From positions 1 to 56,534 of the forward strand of contig JADLBM010000012.1 of NCBI GenBank assembly GCA_020847715.1: a stretch of 56,534 bases of DNA, written 5' to 3'. Position numbers and translations under genes: made by a program. Source of the DNA: Candidatus Yanofskybacteria bacterium (GTDB taxonomy: Bacteria; Patescibacteriota; Minisyncoccia; 2-02-FULL-40-12; GWA2-44-9). Positions within the stretch are counted from its first letter, which is position 1. Each line of letters starts with the position of its first letter. Positions 50,191 to 56,534 of the stretch are shown here, in pieces. The notes beneath the pieces are model-generated. The model was given only the letters and a program-made list of their open reading frames with translations, made no database searches and was not told where the DNA came from.

Positions 50191-50466
50191 ATGTTCAAAT
50201 CAATACAAAGAACCCTTGAACAACGGGGAGCGTCTCTCCGACAACAAGAAGAAGCGGCGACGCGGGTGCAACGATGTACTACGGAGTTTATCCGAGAACG
50301 CTATCCTGGAGCGGTATTTTCGGTAACCTACCAGAAGCCGCAACGACGGGTGCTGGTTTCGGTAAAAGGGAAAGCTCTTGCTGGTGAACTCTTACTCCAG
50401 AGCATCGATCTTCGCGCTCATCTGCGCGAAAATAGAGTCGACGTCGATCGCGTTGTTATTCAGTAG
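50191..50466 (+). CDS. DUF721 (DciA-like) protein
   Basis: 91 aa from ATG 50191, immediately after dnaN. Size and position are typical of DUF721. The sequence call is weak. Confidence 0.55.
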   Translation: MFKSIQRTLEQRGASLRQQEEAATRVQRCTTEFIRERYPGAVFSVTYQKPQRRVLVSVKGKALAGELLLQSIDLRAHLRENRVDVDRVVIQ

Positions 50467-50477
50467 GCGAACGCGTC

Positions 50478-52616
50478 CTACGGGTTTATCGCACGCTCCC
50501 AATTCAGGAACTGAGGGTCATTTCCAGGGTTGGCAGGAACCGGTCCGGTTGGATCGCTTGGGTCAACATACCAAAGAATAGAATGTGGTTGAGGGTATTC
50601 TGTGGAAACATAAGATCCGTTCAACATAATCTTATTCGTAATGACCGGATCTGGTTTTACAAACGCTTCTGCGGGCGTATCCCTTAACGCCGCCACCATG
50701 AATGCGTTCCAGAGAGGACCCGATGCGCTAATACCGGCCCCGGCGGCGGTCATTGATTGGTTCCGGTTGTTTCCGGTCCATACCGCAACAGCAATCGAGG
50801 GTGTGTACCCGACAACCCATGCGTCTCGATTCTCTTGTGTTGTTCCGGTTTTTGCGGCGACCTCTCGACCAGGAATAACGAGGGAGTTGTTCACGCCAAA
50901 CGCCGGCGAACGGGCGTTATTATCGCTGAGAACATCTGTGACGAGGCGCGCAGTTTGGGCGTCGAGAACACGCTCCTGAGTAATGTGACGCTCTTCGAGG
51001 ATGGTGCCGTCGTTCGTTTCAATCTTCTGAATCATTCCCCACGGGGATCGGATGCCATTGTTTGCGAACACACCGTACGCTGATACAAGGTCGATTGGGC
51101 GAACCTCGGCGCCTCCGAGAACAAGAGAGAGCCCGAACCGAGAGCGATCGCCGAGAGTAGTGATACCGAGGCGCGTTGCGAGGTCGAGTGTTGTATCAAC
51201 GCCGGCAAGATAGAGTGTCTTTACCGATGTGACGTTCAGTGATCGCGCAAGCGACTGCCGCATGGTGACTGGTCCGGAATATTTTCCATTATAGTTTTGG
51301 GGATGGTAGCAATCCTGTCCATTCGAATCTTTTTTTGCTGACGCATTGGCGGGGCACAGTGGGTTGAACTCAGTCCTCATATCCCAAAGGACGGTAGTAT
51401 CCGGATACCCTTTTGCAAAAGCAGCGGCATACGCGAACGGCTTAAATGCGGAACCCGGCTGGCGCTGTGCGGTGACAACGTTGTAGTTACCCTCGTTCTC
51501 TGTGTCGAAATAGTTTGCGGATCCGACAAGGGCGAGCACATCACCGCTTTTCGGGTGTATCGCGACGAGCGCCGCATTCGACGCTTTGTATTTTTCTTTG
51601 TTGATTACCGCATACTTTGCGACAAGTTCTTCGGCTTTCTTCTGGAGCTCAGCATCGAGGGTGGTGATAATCTTGAACCCTCCCGACGAGACAATGTCGC
51701 TCCCGTATTTCTGCACAACATACTCACGCGCCATTGCAACAAAGTGCGGGGCAACAAGCCCGGTGGATTTCGGTTTGAATGCAAGCGACTCGCGAAGCGC
51801 GGAGACTTTCTCTTGCTCAGTGATGAATCCCAACTGGAACATGCGACCGATAACATAATCCTTTCGAGCCATGAGTTCGGCCACGTGGCTTCCATAGGGC
51901 GAGAGGTATGATGGGCGCTGTACGAGCGATGCGAGGAGCGCTGCCTGCGCGATAGTGAGATCCGAGGCTGGGATGCCGAAATATGTTTGACTCGCCGCCT
52001 CCACCCCGTACGCGTTTGAACCATACGGAACTTGGTTGAGGTACATCTCAAAGATTTGGTCTTTGGTGAATCTGCGCTCGACTTCGATTGCCAGAATAAG
52101 CTCCTCGACCTTGCGGGTAAGATTCTTTTCTCGTCCAACGAGAGCATTCCCGACGAGCTGCTGAGTGAGGGTTGAACCGCCGCCAGAGCCGTACCCTCGT
52201 TCAACGTTTCGGAGGAGTGAGCGCGCGATGCCGCGGAGGTCGAATCCCTTATGCTCATAGAACCCACTGTCTTCAACGGCAAGCGTTGCGTGTTTAATGT
52301 TCTCGCTCATCTTGTCCCACGAAACCACAGTCCGCCTTTCTTCATCGAAGATGTCGTACAAGACGACTGTTCCTGTGCGGTCATAGATCTTCGTTGACTC
52401 TTTGATCTGACGAGAAACAATTGACTCTGGATCGGGGGTGCGACTCTTTGCGTACAGGACAAACAAAGAGACGCTAATGAGTCCGAGTGTTGTGCACCAG
52501 ACGGCAACCGTCAAAAGCCCGTGGAGGCGAGTCTTCCACGGAGTCGGTGAGCGGTAGGATCGGCGATCCGTGGGAATCACACGAAGGAGACGGCGGAGGA
52601 GTTGGGGGAGTTTCAC
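50478..52616 (-). CDS. Class A penicillin-binding protein (PBP1A: transglycosylase/transpeptidase)
   Basis: GT51 motifs EDSGFYEHKGFD, GGSTLTQQL and RKVEE. Transpeptidase motifs SAFKPF (SxxK) and KTGT. Confidence 0.9.
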   Translation of the reverse strand: MKLPQLLRRLLRVIPTDRRSYRSPTPWKTRLHGLLTVAVWCTTLGLISVSLFVLYAKSRTPDPESIVSRQIKESTKIYDRTGTVVLYDIFDEERRTVVSWDKMSENIKHATLAVEDSGFYEHKGFDLRGIARSLLRNVERGYGSGGGSTLTQQLVGNALVGREKNLTRKVEELILAIEVERRFTKDQIFEMYLNQVPYGSNAYGVEAASQTYFGIPASDLTIAQAALLASLVQRPSYLSPYGSHVAELMARKDYVIGRMFQLGFITEQEKVSALRESLAFKPKSTGLVAPHFVAMAREYVVQKYGSDIVSSGGFKIITTLDAELQKKAEELVAKYAVINKEKYKASNAALVAIHPKSGDVLALVGSANYFDTENEGNYNVVTAQRQPGSAFKPFAYAAAFAKGYPDTTVLWDMRTEFNPLCPANASAKKDSNGQDCYHPQNYNGKYSGPVTMRQSLARSLNVTSVKTLYLAGVDTTLDLATRLGITTLGDRSRFGLSLVLGGAEVRPIDLVSAYGVFANNGIRSPWGMIQKIETNDGTILEERHITQERVLDAQTARLVTDVLSDNNARSPAFGVNNSLVIPGREVAAKTGTTQENRDAWVVGYTPSIAVAVWTGNNRNQSMTAAGAGISASGPLWNAFMVAALRDTPAEAFVKPDPVITNKIMLNGSYVSTEYPQPHSILWYVDPSDPTGPVPANPGNDPQFLNWERAINP

Positions 52617-52680
52617 GAAGGAAAATATACCACAAAAAGTACGTATTTACAATGATTTCGGGAACCGTTACAATACCAAA

Positions 52681-53820
52681 ATGAATTCGCAGGAACGGAT
52701 ACTCTATACCGAGCGACTCTTACAACGGCGGACCGAAGCGCGGTATCCGTCTGACGGGGATGTCCGCGACCGGATTGCAGCGGACAAGAGACTCACAATC
52801 TACTTCGGCATCGACCCAACCGGAGCCGATATTCATCTTGGGCACACGGTAGCACTCCTTCTTTTGAAGGGACTCGCCGAGCTTGGACACGATATTGTGC
52901 TACTGATTGGGGATTTTACCGCGCGCATCGGGGACCCCACCGGAAAAGATGCTGCTCGGGTTGCGTTATCTGATGAGCAGATAGCTGAGCATATGAAAAC
53001 GTACACGGATCAAGTTGCGAAGATCCTTCCGGTGTCTATGTTCCGCGTTGCATACAATAGCGAGTGGCTCGCGGCGTTGACCATGGAACAAGTCCTGAAA
53101 CTTACAAGCATGGTGACGGTTCAGCAGATGATGCAGCGGGACATGTTTCAGCGCAGACACGCCGAAGCGAAGCCGATCTATGTGAGCGAATTTCTGTACC
53201 CGCTGATGCAGGGGTATGATTCAGTGGCGCTTCAGACCGATGGCGAGGTCGGCGGGAACGATCAGACGTTCAACATGCTTGTGGGACGAGAACTTGAGCG
53301 AGAGATCATCGGAAAAGACAAAATAGTCATCACAACGCCACTGTTGGTCGACACGACAACGGGTAAGAAGATGAGTAAGTCGGAGGGGAGTCTTATCGCT
53401 GTCGGCGATACACCGCAAGAGATACGGCGAAAGGTGCTCGATATAGACGACAACATGGTGCGGACACTGTTTGAGCTGTGTACCGAACGCGACCAGCGGT
53501 GGATCGACGAGAATTGCCCGGCAGGTGAGCCACCCCGAAACCCTCGAGAAGCGAAAGAAGAGCTCGCCGCGGAGTTGGTTCGTATGTACCACGGCGCGGA
53601 GGCGGTCGGACAGGCCACTGGGCCAATGGAAGCGGGCGCCGGAAAACTCACGGATATTCTTGTGGCGACGGGAGCCGCATCATCATCCACGGGCGCAAAA
53701 GCTCTCATCGAGCAGGGAGCTGTTTCTGTGAACGGAGAGAAGCAGACACGATGGGATGTTGTGCTGGAAAAAGGGGATGAGCTGAAGGTTGGAAAAGGGA
53801 GATTTATAAAGATTCTCTAA
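52681..53820 (+). CDS. tyrS: Tyrosine--tRNA ligase
   Basis: Start at ATG 52681. HIGH-type HLGH, KMSKS (KKMSKSEG), and a C-terminal S4-like domain. Confidence 0.85.
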   Translation: MNSQERILYTERLLQRRTEARYPSDGDVRDRIAADKRLTIYFGIDPTGADIHLGHTVALLLLKGLAELGHDIVLLIGDFTARIGDPTGKDAARVALSDEQIAEHMKTYTDQVAKILPVSMFRVAYNSEWLAALTMEQVLKLTSMVTVQQMMQRDMFQRRHAEAKPIYVSEFLYPLMQGYDSVALQTDGEVGGNDQTFNMLVGRELEREIIGKDKIVITTPLLVDTTTGKKMSKSEGSLIAVGDTPQEIRRKVLDIDDNMVRTLFELCTERDQRWIDENCPAGEPPRNPREAKEELAAELVRMYHGAEAVGQATGPMEAGAGKLTDILVATGAASSSTGAKALIEQGAVSVNGEKQTRWDVVLEKGDELKVGKGRFIKIL

Positions 53821-53850
53821 CACAACACCCGGCGTATGCCGGGTGTTGTG
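53821..53850. terminator. Bidirectional hairpin terminator between tyrS and the acidic ORF
   Basis: 13-bp stem CACAACACCCGGC/GCCGGGTGTTGTG with loop GTAT. Confidence 0.6.
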
Positions 53851-53855
53851 TGTTC

Positions 53856-54020
53856 CTACTCAACAACCTCTTCGTCCTCATCTGTATCGGTGTCCTTGTC
53901 TTCCTTCTCCTCCTCCTCTTCTTCATCGTCTTCCTCCTCCTCCTCGTCCTCATCTTCGTCTTCGTAGTCGGGGTATTCTGGCTCTTCTGCCTCGGCAATC
54001 AGCATTCTTGTGTCGTCCAT
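53856..54020 (-). CDS. Possible hyperacidic small protein (54 aa from ATG 54020; 70 aa from TTG 54068)
   Basis: MDDTRMLIAEAEEPEYPDYEDEDEDEEEEEDDEEEEEEKEDKDTDTDEDEEVVE. Last ORF of the ruvB-yebC-ruvC transcription unit. Low complexity, so coding status is uncertain. Confidence 0.35.
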   Translation of the reverse strand: MDDTRMLIAEAEEPEYPDYEDEDEDEEEEEDDEEEEEEKEDKDTDTDEDEEVVE

Positions 54021-54124
54021 ACGGATGGCTGCATGGTGGCTGTCGTCGCGTCTCAGGAAAAGACGCAAGACATCTCACACGCAACGCGATTATGGGGACT
54101 ATTGTATCTGCGGAGGGGGTGGTG

Positions 54125-54604
54125 TCAACGGGGGTCTTGGGCTGTCGCACAGCAGAGGGCAATTGCGAGGGCATCGGCGGCGTCGTCGGGCGTAATGCGT
54201 TCTTGAATACGGAGGATGAGGCGGACCATCTGCTCGACCTGCGCCTTCTTGGCGCCCCCATGGCCGCACACACGCTGCTTCACCTGAAGGGGAGTGAATT
54301 CATGAACGGGGATTTGGTGCGTTGCGAGCGCGAGCATAAGTACTCCGCGCATCTCGCTCACGGACATTGCGGAGCGCTTATTGTTCATAAAGAACAACCG
54401 CTCAACTCCTGCCGCATGCGGTTTCCATGTGGCCAAGAGATCAGCGAGCTGGCGCGCGGCAGACTGCTTATCGGCCTGCGAGTCCTTCCCTGGGGTCCCG
54501 ATGATGCCCCACGCGAGTGGGTGGAGGGTTCCTGCTCGCTCCTCGATGACCCCGTATCCGATGCGGGTGGTTCCAGGGTCGATGCCAAGGAAAATGCGGT
54601 TCAC
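54125..54604 (-). CDS. ruvC: Holliday junction resolvase RuvC
   Basis: ILGIDPG-type start (IFLGIDPGTTRIGYGVIE) and the C-terminal DAADALAIA. Confidence 0.9.
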   Translation of the reverse strand: MNRIFLGIDPGTTRIGYGVIEERAGTLHPLAWGIIGTPGKDSQADKQSAARQLADLLATWKPHAAGVERLFFMNNKRSAMSVSEMRGVLMLALATHQIPVHEFTPLQVKQRVCGHGGAKKAQVEQMVRLILRIQERITPDDAADALAIALCCATAQDPR

Positions 54605-55308
54605 GATTCTTGATCTCTATTTGAGTACACCGTCTGCACGTCGTCATGTTCTTCAAGAGAGGCGATGAGGGTATCGAGGGAGCGCTGGTCGTGTTCACTT
54701 GTGACCGGGACGCTCGTCGTCGGAAGAAGAGTTAGCTCGGCAGATTCGATGATATCTTCCCCGAGCGCTCGCCGCACCACATCAAGTTTCTCCGGAGGCG
54801 TGAGAATAACAGCAGAGCTATCTTCCTCGATAACATCGTCGGCGCCCGCATCGATGGCAGCGAGCTGAAGTTCTGGTGATGCAGCTGTTTTGAGTATGAT
54901 GAGCCCGGCTTTTTTGAACATCCACAGTACCGAGCCTTGTCCTGCCATGCGGCCTCCGTGGGATGCGGCAAGTTGTCGTAACTCTGAGATGGTTCGGTTA
55001 CTTGAGTCGGTGATGGCTTGAGCAACGATACCGGTGTTTCCTGGGCCGATGAATTCAAGTGTCAGCTCGTCGAGCGTCGAGGAGGTGTCGGTGGTACGGC
55101 GGATGGCTCGTTCGATGTTCTCGAGTGGCATATTCACCGCTCGGGCGCGCTCAATTTCCGATTTTAGCCTGATGTTGGTTGTGGGGTCGGGATTTCCGCG
55201 GGCGGCAACGGTGATGGCGCGAGAAAGCTTGCTGAATGCCTTTCCCTTTTTAGCATCAGCAATCGCTTTCTTGTGTTTGATCTGTGACCACTTTGAGTGT
55301 CCGGACAT
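54601..55308 (-). CDS. yebC: YebC/PmpR family transcriptional regulator
   Basis: MSGHSKWSQIKHKKA..., 235 aa. Confidence 0.9.
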   Translation of the reverse strand: MSGHSKWSQIKHKKAIADAKKGKAFSKLSRAITVAARGNPDPTTNIRLKSEIERARAVNMPLENIERAIRRTTDTSSTLDELTLEFIGPGNTGIVAQAITDSSNRTISELRQLAASHGGRMAGQGSVLWMFKKAGLIILKTAASPELQLAAIDAGADDVIEEDSSAVILTPPEKLDVVRRALGEDIIESAELTLLPTTSVPVTSEHDQRSLDTLIASLEEHDDVQTVYSNRDQES

Positions 55309-55356
55309 GACGAAAAAGGTCGATGGGGTGAGCTCAGACTATACTGCGGGACCCAC

Positions 55357-56379
55357 CTAAAAGTCCAGCTTCAGAGAATCAGGATCAGGAACGCCGATAT
55401 GCTCGCGTCCCGCCTGTGTGATGACGCGTCCCTTCGTGGTCCGTGCAAGGAATCCGAGGCGCATGAGGTACGGCTCATACACATCCTCGATGGTTGCTTC
55501 TTCTTCGGCAACGGTTGCCGCGATAGACTTGAGGCCGACGGGGCCGCCGGAAAATGTTGTGGCGATGGCGTGTAGAATGCGTCGGTCGGTTTCTTCGAGG
55601 CCCTGAGGGTCGACCTCGAGTAGGTGGAGCGCCGATGTGGCAGTGGCATCGGTGATGGTGTCGACGCCATGAACTTGCGCATAATCACGGACGCGCTTGA
55701 GAAGGCGATTCGCGACGCGAGGGGTTGCTCGCGACGATCGTGCAATACGGGCAAGCGCTGTTGGTTCAATGGAGACACCCAAGAGGTTCGCCGAGCGCAC
55801 AAGAATGCGCTCGATTTCTTCTGGTGTGTAGTATTCGAGCCGGAAGCTCGACCCGAATCGTGAGCGGAACGGGGCGGACAGCATGGAGATCTTTGTGGTC
55901 GCGGCGACGAGCGTGAAGTGGGGGAGGTCAATCTGGAGTGTCTTTGCGGCATTTCCTTTGCCGATGACGATGTCGAGCTTGAAGTTCTCCATCGCGGGGT
56001 AGATGACCTCCTCGATGGTCTTATTGAGGCGGTGGACCTCGTCGATGAAGAGCACGTCGCCGTCCTGAAGTCCGGTCAGGATGGAGCCAACATCGCCAGC
56101 CTTCTCGAGGGCGGTTCCGGAGGTCATGCGGACATTCGTATTCAACTCTCGGGCGATGAGGTAGGCGAGGGTTGTCTTCCCAAGCCCAGACGGCCCATGA
56201 AGGAGGACGTGCTCCGGGGTCTCATTGCGTTTCTTAGCCGCACCTAATACAATACGGAGATTCTCCTTCGTTTTTTCCTGCCCGATATACTCCTCGAAGG
56301 TTCGGGGGCGAAGGGTTAGATCGAGTACCTGGTCGTCCGGGCCGCTCTGTTGCCCAGTTTGGTGGCTCTTGACATCCAT
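55357..56379 (-). CDS. ruvB: Holliday junction branch migration helicase RuvB
   Basis: LRPRTFEEYIGQ, Walker A GPSGLGKTTLA, Walker B LFIDEVHRL, sensor region, winged-helix C-terminus. Confidence 0.95.
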   Translation of the reverse strand: MDVKSHQTGQQSGPDDQVLDLTLRPRTFEEYIGQEKTKENLRIVLGAAKKRNETPEHVLLHGPSGLGKTTLAYLIARELNTNVRMTSGTALEKAGDVGSILTGLQDGDVLFIDEVHRLNKTIEEVIYPAMENFKLDIVIGKGNAAKTLQIDLPHFTLVAATTKISMLSAPFRSRFGSSFRLEYYTPEEIERILVRSANLLGVSIEPTALARIARSSRATPRVANRLLKRVRDYAQVHGVDTITDATATSALHLLEVDPQGLEETDRRILHAIATTFSGGPVGLKSIAATVAEEEATIEDVYEPYLMRLGFLARTTKGRVITQAGREHIGVPDPDSLKLDF

Positions 56380-56534
56380 TACAAAATAGAATAAAATAGG
56401 TTTACGCGAGTAGTGAGAAAGGACCTCTATAATCTGTAGGCAACTGAGCTCAGTGCCCTTAGCACCCCGGGCTCAGTCGGGATATTATCTTAGCTTGGAA
56501 GTTCTGGTTCCGACTGGATCTCTCCTCGGAATTA

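Noticed and set aside
56428-56534. A possible RNA gene at the right edge: a TATAAT box at 56428-56433, then a structured-looking segment containing GTTCTGGTTCCGACTGGAT. By eye this matches 15/18 positions of the E. coli tmRNA 5' region ATTCTGGATTCGACGGGAT.
   Set aside because: No GGGG/G3:U70 acceptor start is visible, the -35 is poor, and the window ends after about 45 nt. The evidence is insufficient. Extending the contig and running ARAGORN or Infernal (tmRNA, RNase P, SRP models) would settle it.

Overview
This is a GC-rich bacterial chromosomal window with compact, mostly non-overlapping genes. I saw no rRNA, CRISPR array, transposase, integrase or phage genes.

Gene content and style point to an uncultivated Patescibacteria/CPR (Parcubacteria-like) organism. 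The cues are a short YidC, a LOG protein, DUF11 surface proteins with a sortase, and a minimal VirB4/VirB6 module. This placement is inference only.

Order of content:
- Housekeeping block (171-15889): comM, LysM/M23 peptidase, yraN, nfo, tsaE, polA, DUF3048, holA, GT2 synthase, recG.
- A roughly 9-kb minus-strand operon (15964-25049) with five large surface or secreted proteins plus a sortase.
- A tRNA-rich accessory stretch (25.2-32.2 kb) with seven tRNAs, LOG, the CCA-adding enzyme and an ECF sigma module.
- pcrA/uvrD and rsmA.
- A nine-ORF type-IV-secretion-like cluster (35043-45384).
- The replication-origin gene block (jag-yidC-yidD-rnpA-rpmH, then dnaA-dnaN-DUF721).
- PBP1A, tyrS and ruvC-yebC-ruvB.

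Most interesting observations:
1. Four of the seven tRNA genes are trailed by homologous structured elements of about 120-160 nt. The termini of each element copy the T-arm and 3' acceptor strand of its own neighbouring tRNA. The internal helices covary.
2. The sortase operon uses a non-LPXTG signal, V(Q/P)TGP(G/A)(D/E), with an unusually long conserved cytoplasmic tail. It also has a conserved N-terminal anchor motif, GF(S/T)(L/F)(E/D)..(R/K)FFA(A/C)(E/T).
3. The T4SS-like cluster has no coupling protein or relaxase in the window. Its VirB4 is cut in two by a single in-frame TAA.

All calls come from reading the sequence and ORF translations by eye. No database search was run.
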